Positions 29,060 to 38,193 of a DNA stretch of 64,000 nucleotides are shown one piece after another; the first letter of the stretch is position 1; each line of letters begins with the position of its first letter. Made by a program: the position numbers and the translations under genes. The DNA lies in contig AP024681.1 of NCBI GenBank assembly GCA_025999335.1, forward strand, positions 78,642 to 142,641, in the 5' to 3' direction. This DNA is from Candidatus Parcubacteria bacterium. Its GTDB lineage: Bacteria > Patescibacteriota > Minisyncoccia > UBA6257 > HR35. The notes beneath the pieces are model-generated. The model was not told the origin of the DNA and searched no databases. It was given only the letters and a program-made list of their open reading frames with translations.

Positions 29060-29713
29060 TTATTTTAAAAATTTATCTAATTTTTCCTTTAGATCAGTAA
29101 ATAAAATAAAACCGCTAATAACCTCCTTATTGTTTATAATTAAAGTCGGCGTTCGTCGAACACCTTTTTGCAAACCTTCTTGATAATCTTGTTCAACCTT
29201 ATTTTTATAGCGACGTTCATTAAAACATTTTTTGAAATCATCTAAATTTAAATGTAATTCGGAAACAATATTGAAATATAAATTAGATGATAAATAAGCT
29301 TGATTTTCAAATAATTTATCAACAAACAACCAAAACGCTTCTTCACCGCCCTGTTCTTTAACGCATTCGGATGCTTCCGCCGCAAAACGTGCATTTTTAT
29401 GAATTCTATCAATAGGCAAATGCTTAAAGATAATTTTAATTTTATAAGGATAAGCAGAAATCAACTGTTTAATAGTAATGTGCATTAAAGCACAAAATGG
29501 GCATTCTAAATCTGAATAAAGAGTCAGAGTAAGGCTATTATCAGATTGAGCAATTTTTTTAAAAAAATCTTGATCATAAGGAAACTGTAAGTTTTTTTTA
29601 GCTTTAATATATGCTTCATTAACAACAATAAGACCTAACATTATTAAAATGCCGACAGTAATAATAAAAAAATGACGAATATTTTTCATATAAAATAAAA
29701 AGTTTATTTGCAA
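29060..29713 (-). CDS. DsbA/BdbD-like thioredoxin-fold protein
   Basis: YSDLECPFC, FKHLP, GVRRTPT cis-Pro loop; N-terminal TM. Confidence 0.92.
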   Translation of the reverse strand: MQINFLFYMKNIRHFFIITVGILIMLGLIVVNEAYIKAKKNLQFPYDQDFFKKIAQSDNSLTLTLYSDLECPFCALMHITIKQLISAYPYKIKIIFKHLPIDRIHKNARFAAEASECVKEQGGEEAFWLFVDKLFENQAYLSSNLYFNIVSELHLNLDDFKKCFNERRYKNKVEQDYQEGLQKGVRRTPTLIINNKEVISGFILFTDLKEKLDKFLK

Positions 29714-30087
29714 ATAGCAATAACATCAATTTCAATCAATGCTTTCAAAGGCAAATCTTTTACAACAATAGTAGTTCTCGCTGGTAAATGTTTTTTAAAA
29801 AATTTAATATATTCTTCATTAACTATTTTGAAATCTTTAATATTTTTAATAAAAATATTAACTTTCAAAACTTTATCTAAATCACTATTGCCGGCATTTA
29901 GAATATGCTTAATATTCAACAAAGCTTGTTCGGTTTGTCGACGAATGCCTTTAACCAACAAATTGGTTCGTGGATCAATACCTAATTGACCTGAACAAAA
30001 AATTAATTTGTCATAAATTATTGCTTGACTGTAAGCGCTAACCGGTAAAGGTGCTTTGTTTGTTTTAATCACTTTTATTTTTTTCAT
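29704..30087 (-). CDS. ridA: RidA family enamine/imine deaminase
   Basis: YSQAI, SGQLG, PARTT (catalytic Arg), LIEID. Confidence 0.92.
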   Translation of the reverse strand: MKKIKVIKTNKAPLPVSAYSQAIIYDKLIFCSGQLGIDPRTNLLVKGIRRQTEQALLNIKHILNAGNSDLDKVLKVNIFIKNIKDFKIVNEEYIKFFKKHLPARTTIVVKDLPLKALIEIDVIAICK

Positions 30088-31340
30088 CTTAATAAATGAA
30101 TATACAAAGGATCATCTAAATTAATTTTTTTAAAATTAAAATTAAATTTCTTAAGATTTTTAATTATATTTTTTAAATCATTTTTATTTTGCAATTCAAT
30201 GCCAACTAAAACTGGACCTTTCTCTTTATTATTATTTTTAATATACTCAAATAATACAATATCGTCATTAGGACCTAAAACATTATTAACGAATTTTTTT
30301 AATTGCCCAGGCTTTTGCGCAAATTCTATCAAAAAATAATGCTTTTTACCTTCATAAATTAAACTCCTTTCTAAAATTTCAGGATATCTTAAAATATCGT
30401 TATTACCGCCAGAAATCAAACAAACAACATTTTTATTAATAATTTGTTTTCTGATTAAATCTAAAATTGATACTGATAATGCTCCCGCCGGTTCAGCAAT
30501 AATACCCTCATTTTGGTATAAATCAATCATTGTCTTGGCCACAGCGCCTTCATCGATAGCATAAAATTTATCAACAAATTTTTTACAGATATTAAAAGTT
30601 ATAGAACCAATTTTTTTAACCGCAACACCATCAACAAAATTGTCTAAATTGTCTAAAGTTATAATTCTATTTTTACGCAAAGAAAGCAACATCGAAGCTG
30701 CGCCCTTGGGTTCAACTCCTATAATTTTAATTTTTGGATTAATATACTTAATGTATCCAGCAATACCCGAAATTAATCCACCTCCACCAACTGGTACAAT
30801 AATATAATCAACATCGGAAAAATTATTTAAAATTTCATAAGCAACAGTACCTTGACCAGCAATCACATCATAGTCATTAAAAGGATGAACAAAAGAAAAT
30901 TTATTTTTTAAAGCAAAATCTTTAGCTATCGTTTCTGTTTCACTAAAATTATTGCCAACAACACGACATTCCACATAACCATCGCCAAAATATTTAATTC
31001 TATTAATTTTTTGAAAAGGCGTTGTTACTGGCACAAAAATTACGCCTTTAATATTTAAGCGCGAACAAGCAAAGGCAACTCCTTGAGCATGATTGCCAGC
31101 TGAAGCTGTCACAACGGTTAAATTTTTAATTTTTTCATTTTTTAAAATGTTTAAAATCTTATTCAATGCTCCTCTTATTTTAAAAGATCTTGTTTTATTT
31201 AAATCCTCTCTTTTTAAATAAATATTGGCTTTAAATAGATACGATAAACGATCGGAAAAATCTAAGGGCGTCTGGTTGATAAATCGATAAATATTTTTTC
31301 TTGCTTCTTCTATCTTAGAAAATAATGGCGATAATTTCAT
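30084..31340 (-). CDS. ilvA: Threonine dehydratase IlvA (short form, one regulatory domain)
   Basis: KREDL...SFKIRGA PLP lysine; ASAGNHAQG; PVGGGGL; EPAGA; SGGNND; F.QKPGQL. Confidence 0.93.
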   Translation of the reverse strand: MKLSPLFSKIEEARKNIYRFINQTPLDFSDRLSYLFKANIYLKREDLNKTRSFKIRGALNKILNILKNEKIKNLTVVTASAGNHAQGVAFACSRLNIKGVIFVPVTTPFQKINRIKYFGDGYVECRVVGNNFSETETIAKDFALKNKFSFVHPFNDYDVIAGQGTVAYEILNNFSDVDYIIVPVGGGGLISGIAGYIKYINPKIKIIGVEPKGAASMLLSLRKNRIITLDNLDNFVDGVAVKKIGSITFNICKKFVDKFYAIDEGAVAKTMIDLYQNEGIIAEPAGALSVSILDLIRKQIINKNVVCLISGGNNDILRYPEILERSLIYEGKKHYFLIEFAQKPGQLKKFVNNVLGPNDDIVLFEYIKNNNKEKGPVLVGIELQNKNDLKNIIKNLKKFNFNFKKINLDDPLYIHLLR

Positions 31341-31377
31341 TGCTAACTATAAAAATTAACAAATTAATTAACCGCTT

Positions 31378-32496
31378 TTAAAAAATAAATTGAGAAAATT
31401 TAGCTAAAGTTTTATTGATTGATTTCGTTTTCAAAAAATCATTTCTTAAAATAACCGCCAAATTAAGCCTCTCTTTTAACAAATTATATAATACTTTAAG
31501 ATAATTTTTATATTTTGATGATTTTAAACTTTTTTGCGCAGCCACTAAAACTTCAAAAGCTCCATCATATATAAAGGTGTCATTAAAACCATAAATAGAG
31601 CTTAATTTTATTAATTTTAAGTCTGGCCATAAACTTTTTCCTTTTAAAGAAGTATCCATTATTATTCCTAAAAGAAGAGCAAATAATCCTTTGTAAATTT
31701 TAATATCCTGAACTACATCAAAAGCTTTATATTCAATTAAACCTTTTTGTTTAGGTAAAATTAATTTTTTAACAATCAAATTATCAGCAAATTTATTAAA
31801 TATTTTATCACTCACAACAACCCCAACAACAGCTGGTCTTAAACGTGATCTTAAAAAAGTTCTCACTGATAAACCATGCCATAATTTACCACCATAAAAA
31901 GGAGAAGAATAAGAAAAAGGCACAATAAAAGGAGTATAAAAATTCAATTTTTGTACTATATTAATTACATCTAAATCATCAAAACCATCATTGGCTATAT
32001 TTAAATCAGGACCAAAAGATAAAAGGGTAAATTTATGAGTATGTCTGTCGCGATAAATTTCACGAAAACGTTTTTCATAACGATTCATACTAATTCTAAT
32101 ATTAACTTTCTTGCGAAAAGGATTAAAACTAATAAAAGTTGGACGCATTTTAAACTTTAGCAATTCTTGACGAACATAAAAAAAATCATTTAATAAATTT
32201 TTAAACAAAAAATCAATATCATTACACGGTGGCATTCTTAACTCAAAACCTTTAGGATGATATTTTTTTAAATATCCATCTTGATCAAAAATTTCTAAAC
32301 CTTCAATATATAACCTTTTCGTTTTATATCCTAAACGACTTATTTTTAAAAAAGAATAATCTTCCATATATATGGGAAATTTCTCAACAACTTTAGTCAA
32401 AGAATTAATATTTAAATTAGTGAAATCTAAAAAGTGATTTTTCAAATCTAAAAGAGGTATTTCATGTTCAATACCAAAATAAAATTTTGATAACAT
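31378..32496 (-). CDS. Glutamate-cysteine ligase family 2 (GCS2)-like carboxylate-amine ligase, divergent
   Basis: FGIEHEI (GxExE), GFELR, YSSPFYGG, SVRT, LIEYKAFD (cf. canonical IEvRv.D). Confidence 0.65.
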   Translation of the reverse strand: MLSKFYFGIEHEIPLLDLKNHFLDFTNLNINSLTKVVEKFPIYMEDYSFLKISRLGYKTKRLYIEGLEIFDQDGYLKKYHPKGFELRMPPCNDIDFLFKNLLNDFFYVRQELLKFKMRPTFISFNPFRKKVNIRISMNRYEKRFREIYRDRHTHKFTLLSFGPDLNIANDGFDDLDVINIVQKLNFYTPFIVPFSYSSPFYGGKLWHGLSVRTFLRSRLRPAVVGVVVSDKIFNKFADNLIVKKLILPKQKGLIEYKAFDVVQDIKIYKGLFALLLGIIMDTSLKGKSLWPDLKLIKLSSIYGFNDTFIYDGAFEVLVAAQKSLKSSKYKNYLKVLYNLLKERLNLAVILRNDFLKTKSINKTLAKFSQFIF

Positions 32497-32524
32497 TATT
32501 AAAACTTTAATTTTTAAAATAATT

Positions 32525-32917
32525 TTATTCTTTTAAACAAAAACTATCATTACCTAAAAAAAATAATGCCAAACAACTAAACGCTAAACCCAAAGTAGTC
32601 ACGCCTTCAATTTTGAAAAGATTTAAAGAAAAAAAAGATAAATTTAAAAGATATATAGTTCCTAAAAAACTAAGAAAGCGCATATATATGCCACCTATAA
32701 AACCCAAACCCAAGAAAATAAGAAAAACACCGTTTATAAAAATAATTTTACTTCTCAAAATATCATTAACTTCAATATTTAAATCAGCGATAAAATTTAA
32801 AAAATACTCAGGGATCAACTGTAGCCAATCCTCTTGAAAAAGTAATTGCTGTAAACCAAAATATATAAAAATAAAACCTAAACTTAGCCTTAATAACAAC
32901 TTACCTATATCCGCCAT
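32525..32917 (-). CDS. DoxX family membrane protein
   Basis: LLLRLSLGFIFIYFGLQQL N-terminal DoxX pattern; four hydrophobic segments. Confidence 0.75.
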   Translation of the reverse strand: MADIGKLLLRLSLGFIFIYFGLQQLLFQEDWLQLIPEYFLNFIADLNIEVNDILRSKIIFINGVFLIFLGLGFIGGIYMRFLSFLGTIYLLNLSFFSLNLFKIEGVTTLGLAFSCLALFFLGNDSFCLKE

Positions 32918-32960
32918 TAATAAAAAAACATAAACTATCTAAAATTATAAAAATCAAGAA

Positions 32961-33053
32961 CTAATGACTGCAACAATCACAAACGCAAGTGTTATCAGGA
33001 CTATCAGAATGATCGCAGCAATCACAAGAACAAGTTGGATTATCAAATTTCAT
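32961..33053 (-). CDS. Unannotated 30-aa Cys/His-rich peptide, metallothionein-like (MKFDNPTCSCDCCDHSDSPDNTCVCDCCSH)
   Basis: Hand translation: ATG at 33053, TAG at 32963-32961. 8 Cys and 2 His in two T-C-x-C-D-C-C-x-H modules, with synonymous codon differences between the modules. Confidence 0.8.
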   Translation of the reverse strand: MKFDNPTCSCDCCDHSDSPDNTCVCDCCSH

Positions 33054-33154
33054 TATAAATATATAAAAAATACGACGTCGATTTAATTACAGTGTAATTT
33101 TAAGCTAAATTTATTATAACATAGAAAATAAATATATTTTTATCTAAACAAGAC

Positions 33155-33826
33155 TTACCTTCCCCAAAGTTTATCCATAAGAGCATCAAAATTTTCTATA
33201 CGCCCTATAATTTCTATGGTTATTTTTTTAGAACCAAAATGTCTTGCTTTACGTTCATCAAGAAAAAATAAATCAATTCTATCTCCTTTAATAGCTTCAC
33301 CTCTATCAACGGCTATTCCATAACCATAACCTGGAATTTTTAAAACACTTCCTAGAGGAATAACTTCTGGATCAACAGCCACAACGCCGGGCATTGTCAT
33401 TAATCCGCTAAAAGTATGTCCTTTAAGACTATAGGCTGTAGCAATAACTTGTTTTTTTTTAATTTCTACTTCTTTATTTTTAGCTTTAGCTAATTTTTCA
33501 TAATTAGCTATTAACGTTTTAAATTGATTTTCTAAAAATCGCAACTGTTCTTCTGCTGATTTAAAATTGCTTTCTAATTTAGAAAACCGCTCAGCTAACT
33601 CTTCATTTGTCTGCGCAGCATTTTTTAATACTGAATGCAAGTATTCAATATCCTTATTTGCCTCATATTCTTTAGCTCTATAACCTAATTGAAAAGCTAA
33701 AAAACTAGCAAGTAAAATATGAATGATTTTTTTTCGCCTATTTTCTCTTTCGTAGGGATATAAAATATCTTTCCTTCTCATAAAATATAATGAAAAACAA
33801 TTATGCTTTAATAATTTTATTAACAA
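33155..33826 (-). CDS. 3D-domain (MltA-like) cell-wall protein with TM anchor and coiled-coil; start may be at 33781
   Basis: ATAYS, VAVDPEVIPLGS, AVDRGEAIKGDRIDLF. Confidence 0.9.
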   Translation of the reverse strand: MLIKLLKHNCFSLYFMRRKDILYPYERENRRKKIIHILLASFLAFQLGYRAKEYEANKDIEYLHSVLKNAAQTNEELAERFSKLESNFKSAEEQLRFLENQFKTLIANYEKLAKAKNKEVEIKKKQVIATAYSLKGHTFSGLMTMPGVVAVDPEVIPLGSVLKIPGYGYGIAVDRGEAIKGDRIDLFFLDERKARHFGSKKITIEIIGRIENFDALMDKLWGR

Positions 33827-34457
33827 TAGGCGTTAATGGACATTGATTATGATTATGTTTTTTAGCTGGACAAAAGTCTCTTCCGTATTGCACCAAACGT
33901 AAATTAAAATCTCGCCATTCAGGACCTCGAGGAACAATTTCCATTAAATCCTTTTCAATACGTTCAGGCTTGTCTTCATTGGTTAAATGCAAAATCTTTG
34001 CTAATCTCTTTACATGTGTATCAACAGCAATACCTTCAAAAATATTATAACCTATACTTAAAACTAAATTAGCTGTCTTACGAGCTACACCAGCAAGTTT
34101 TAACATATCTTGCATTGTTCGAGGCACTTTACCATTAAAATTATTTTTTATAATTTTAGCGTTAGTAAGAATATACTTAGCTTTATTTTTATAGAAATTG
34201 ATACTCTTAATATCTTTTTGAAAATCACTTAAAGAAGCCTTGCAATAATCATCTAAAGTTTTATATTTTTTAAAAAGTTTAGCGGTCACTTCGTTAACTT
34301 TTTTATCTGTTGTTTGGGCTGAAAGAATAACTGCCACTAATAATTCCCAAACATTTGAAAAATTTAGAGCTGTCTTAATTTGCGGATAAAGTTCTTTTAA
34401 GCGCTTATTTATTGCTTTAAAAATTTTTTTTCTTTGTTGCAATTGTTTATTAATCAT
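33801..34457 (-). CDS. nth: Endonuclease III (HhH-GPD glycosylase)
   Basis: LLVAVILSAQTTD; HhH LAGVARKTAN; AVDTHV. Confidence 0.93.
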   Translation of the reverse strand: MINKQLQQRKKIFKAINKRLKELYPQIKTALNFSNVWELLVAVILSAQTTDKKVNEVTAKLFKKYKTLDDYCKASLSDFQKDIKSINFYKNKAKYILTNAKIIKNNFNGKVPRTMQDMLKLAGVARKTANLVLSIGYNIFEGIAVDTHVKRLAKILHLTNEDKPERIEKDLMEIVPRGPEWRDFNLRLVQYGRDFCPAKKHNHNQCPLTPIVNKIIKA

Positions 34458-34489
34458 TTTTTAATTTAATGAAATAATAACCTAATATA

Positions 34490-35824
34490 TTAGCGCTTCG
34501 CTATATTACGCCAGTTTTTAAATAATAAAATAAAATCAGCGACATTAACCGGTAATTTACCAGTTTTAATGCCATCGCCTACTTTAACAAAAAAATTGAA
34601 ACTATCATTGTTAGCTAGATAATTTTCAAGATTAAGTTTATGGTTTTTTGCTTTTATTAATGTTAAACAATCACAAATAGCGCCAGCGAATTTTGTATTA
34701 TCCCAACCATCAGAATTAAGAGCAATGAAAATTATTCCTTCTTTATTCTTCATCGATTTTTCTTTAGTGACATCGGAAAGATGAGAACATAGTTTATGTT
34801 GAGACATTAATTGCAAAAATCTTAAAGCTAATTCTTGATTACGGCCTCCCTGACCCTTGCCTTTTATCTTAACAGTTGTTTCACCGCCAGCAATAATAAA
34901 ATCATATTTTAACCTCTCTGAAAGTTTTAAAAAATATTTAGCTATTTTAACTACATCACCTTTTAAATTATCGCTAATAATTTTACCGCGTAAATTATAA
35001 AATTTTTTAGCAAAAAGTACCATATTTTCTAAAGCTGTTCTATTGCTAAGCACTAAAAAGTTAGATATGTTTTGAAAATAAATTTTTTCTTTCGGTGTTT
35101 CGATCAAATCTTTTTTCTGAATCGATTGAATATTATATTTTTTAATAATCTTTATAGCATCTTTAACTGTCGTTTTATCATAAATAGTTGGACCTGAAGC
35201 TATAAAACTTAAATCGTTACCAGGCACATCTGAAAAAATCAAACTAATAATTTTTGCTGGGTAAAGTATTTTTGCCAAACCACCGCCTTTCATTACATCT
35301 AAATGCTTACGCACAGTATTCATCTCGTAAATATTAGCTCCTGATTTTAATAACTCTTTATTTAACTTAATAAATCGATTCAAACTAACTACAGGATAAG
35401 TCAGCATTGACGAACCGCCACCGCAAACAACAACAAATACTAAATCATTGCTTGTTAACTTATTGACAAAAGTATCTAAAATAGTTTTAGAAAACTTTAA
35501 ATTTTTAAAAGACGGTAAAGGATGAGTGCCGATAAAATATTTTATTTTTCTACCGTTAATTTTATTAAAATCAATAACATAAGCGTTCTTAAAAGAAATT
35601 TTCTTCGCTAATATTTTAATCACTTGCGAAGATCCCTTGCCAAAACCAATTAAATAAATATTTTGATAACGATTGATTATTTTTGAAAATTTCTTTTCTT
35701 TAAACAAATTATCAATGGCTTTTTGATAATCAAGCGATTTTAAACCAAAAGCTATAATATCCAAAGCTATTTTTCTAAAAATAGTCGTTGATAAATTGTT
35801 GTAATTTTTAATTATTGATTTCAT
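34490..35824 (-). CDS. Glycerate 2-kinase (DUF4147/MOFRL family)
   Basis: GFGKG, HPLP, GGGSS, KGGGLA, SDVPG, ASGPT, GGETTV, GGRNQE, NVAD. Confidence 0.9.
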   Translation of the reverse strand: MKSIIKNYNNLSTTIFRKIALDIIAFGLKSLDYQKAIDNLFKEKKFSKIINRYQNIYLIGFGKGSSQVIKILAKKISFKNAYVIDFNKINGRKIKYFIGTHPLPSFKNLKFSKTILDTFVNKLTSNDLVFVVVCGGGSSMLTYPVVSLNRFIKLNKELLKSGANIYEMNTVRKHLDVMKGGGLAKILYPAKIISLIFSDVPGNDLSFIASGPTIYDKTTVKDAIKIIKKYNIQSIQKKDLIETPKEKIYFQNISNFLVLSNRTALENMVLFAKKFYNLRGKIISDNLKGDVVKIAKYFLKLSERLKYDFIIAGGETTVKIKGKGQGGRNQELALRFLQLMSQHKLCSHLSDVTKEKSMKNKEGIIFIALNSDGWDNTKFAGAICDCLTLIKAKNHKLNLENYLANNDSFNFFVKVGDGIKTGKLPVNVADFILLFKNWRNIAKR

Positions 35825-35924
35825 TGAAATTTATTAAATTATATTATATTACAATAATTAATTATTAATTAAAAGGACCAGCTATATTCAATTTCAAGCT
35901 TATCTCTCAATAAAATAATCAAAA

Positions 35925-36992
35925 TCAGTTAGACAAAAATAATTTATTTTGTTTGCTTAAATAAAGAGCTTTGCTAATAATCTTTAAAGTTTCATCATAG
36001 GTTTCTCTATCTAAAGGATAGGGCGTTCCATCTTTACCACCATAAACAAAAGTATATCGTGCTGGATCTTCAAAAGATGGTTGTGCGCCTAAAATAACTT
36101 CGGTCAATAAAGACAGCGCTCTTATAGTTCTTGAACCAACTCCCGGCATTAACAATAAATCATTTATTGATGAAGGCTTAAATGACTGCAAGCAGTTTAT
36201 TGTTTTAATTATTTTCTTTGTATCAAATCTTTCTTCAATAACCGGATGATAGGAAAATTCAATGTTAGGTAAAAATAAACTTTTTTGATGTTTGTTAAAA
36301 ATTTGTTCAAAATAATAAGATAATTTTTGTTCTTCGTTTATGATTTTAATCATTCCTTCCTTGTTAGATTTGCTTTTTTTAGAAACTAAATTTAAAACTT
36401 TCTTTATCAAAGTTGAAGAGATAATGCCTGAATGAGGTTCTTCGGTAAAACTATTTATTTGTTCGGAAAGCCAGTGATATCTTCGTGCAGCATTCATTTC
36501 TATGTTCATACCCTGCTGAACTACTGCCCAACAACCAGATTGTTCAACAATAAAAGAATGAAAATATAGATTAAACCCATCTTGAATCAAATTATTATCT
36601 ACCTTAGCAACTAATTTAGAAATAGTGGCTAACTTATCGCCGTTCAAACCGGTTTTTTCACCTATATAAAGTAATTCCTGAGGAGTTTTTCTTGAAGCCT
36701 TACCCTTGCCACCGGCTAAATAAACTCCTAACTCCTTTTCTAAGCCCTTAAGACCGTTCTTTAAAGCTCCTAAAGTAATAGTAGTTGTACCACTGCTATT
36801 CCAATCCATACCAATAGCACAACTAAGACTTTGAAACCACACTGGATCCGCAAGTCTTCTAACTAACTCTTTAGAGCCAAATTCATCAACAATAATAAGA
36901 GCCACATATCTCATTAACCGCGACATACGAACGAATAACCACTGCGGTACTTTACCGCTATCTAAAGGCAAAGTAGCTATTCCGGTTTTCAT
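35925..36992 (-). CDS. DUF763 domain protein
   Basis: G.ATLPL..G.VP.WLF.RM; GMDWNSSGTTT; VDNNLIQDG; GGKDGTPYP; HhH-like PGVG. Confidence 0.85.
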   Translation of the reverse strand: MKTGIATLPLDSGKVPQWLFVRMSRLMRYVALIIVDEFGSKELVRRLADPVWFQSLSCAIGMDWNSSGTTTITLGALKNGLKGLEKELGVYLAGGKGKASRKTPQELLYIGEKTGLNGDKLATISKLVAKVDNNLIQDGFNLYFHSFIVEQSGCWAVVQQGMNIEMNAARRYHWLSEQINSFTEEPHSGIISSTLIKKVLNLVSKKSKSNKEGMIKIINEEQKLSYYFEQIFNKHQKSLFLPNIEFSYHPVIEERFDTKKIIKTINCLQSFKPSSINDLLLMPGVGSRTIRALSLLTEVILGAQPSFEDPARYTFVYGGKDGTPYPLDRETYDETLKIISKALYLSKQNKLFLSN

Positions 36993-37110
36993 TACTTTTT
37001 AATTATACATCGTCTTATCATTAAATTAAACATTGACTAAACTATCGAAATATTAACGAAAATTTAAAAGCAAAGACAATAAAAATAGTATTAAACTAAA
37101 AATATCTTAC

Positions 37111-37677
37111 CTATTGGGTAACTCGCCTAACATATTCACCTGTTTCAGTATTTACTTCAATAACATCTGATTCTTCAATGAATAATGGAGCTTGAATTTC
37201 CGTACCTGTTTCTAAAATAACCGGTTTTGTTCCAGGTGTCTCTCGTCCACCCTTAATGCCTGGCGGCGCCGAGATTACTTTAAGATGAATCTTAAGAGGC
37301 ATTTCAATATTAATTAGTTTTTCTTCAAAAAATATCCCGGTTACAGTATCATTTTGTTTTAAAAAATTTGCTTTTGTGCCTAAAATATCTTTTTTAAGTT
37401 CAAATCTTTGAGAGGGATTGTTTGGAGAACAAAAATAAAAAATATTATTTTTTGAGTACAAAAATCTTATATTTTCTCTTTCAATCTCAGCTTCTTCAAT
37501 ATCGTCACCAGCATGAAAAGTCTTAGTTATTACTTTGCCCGTGATTAAATTTCTTAATTTTGCTTGAGTTGTTGATTGTCCTCTACCTTTAAAAACATAA
37601 TTAGTCTCAATAACTTCGTAAGGTTCTTTATTCAAAACTATTCTTAATCGTGGTTTTAAATCTGTATGTTCTAACAT
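37111..37677 (-). CDS. efp: Elongation factor P
   Basis: KGRG loop, KLRNLITG, PPGIKG, KPVILETG, PLFI, VNTETGEYVRR. Confidence 0.93.
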   Translation of the reverse strand: MLEHTDLKPRLRIVLNKEPYEVIETNYVFKGRGQSTTQAKLRNLITGKVITKTFHAGDDIEEAEIERENIRFLYSKNNIFYFCSPNNPSQRFELKKDILGTKANFLKQNDTVTGIFFEEKLINIEMPLKIHLKVISAPPGIKGGRETPGTKPVILETGTEIQAPLFIEESDVIEVNTETGEYVRRVTQ

Positions 37678-37770
37678 TGGTTAAGTCTAATTATCGCAAA
37701 TATTATTTTTACGCCAATCCACGCGTGTTCTTAAGTAATTCGCGCTAATTCAAGGTATAATAATTATATC

Positions 37771-38091
37771 ATGATTTCTTTTGACGATTTTCAAAAAATT
37801 GATTTAAGAGTTGCTAAAATTCTTAATGCAGAAAAAATTGAAAATAGCGATAAATTAATCAAATTAATAATTGATCTCGGATCAGAAAAAAGAACAATTG
37901 TTGCTGGTATTGGTAAAAAATATACTCCCAAGGATCTTATTAATAAACTTGTTGTTATCGTTGCTAACTTAGAGCCAAAAAATATTAAAGGCATTCAAAG
38001 CGAAGGAATGCTTTTAGCAGTTGATAGTCAAAATGGACCTGTTTTAATAACTCCTTTAGAGGAAGTTGGAGTTGGCGAAAAAGTAAAATAA
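37771..38091 (+). CDS. Stand-alone tRNA-binding OB-fold protein (MetRS C-terminal / Trbp111 / CsaA)
   Basis: ISFDDFQKIDLRVAKI, RTIVAGI, NLEP, SEGMLL. Confidence 0.92.
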   Translation: MISFDDFQKIDLRVAKILNAEKIENSDKLIKLIIDLGSEKRTIVAGIGKKYTPKDLINKLVVIVANLEPKNIKGIQSEGMLLAVDSQNGPVLITPLEEVGVGEKVK

Positions 38092-38193
38092 TTACTCCAA
38101 TAATCTAAATTTAAATGATAACAAGTATATTTTATTTTCTGGCTTCTCAATTATCTTTTGCAATTCATTAATAACACCAATTATAAAAAATAT

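Noticed and set aside
32964-33085. Plus-strand small ORF (MTATITNASVIRTIRMIAAI...) overlapping the Cys-rich peptide
   Set aside because: Antisense shadow; the minus-strand reading has a duplicated motif with synonymous changes and matches the orientation of the neighbouring genes.
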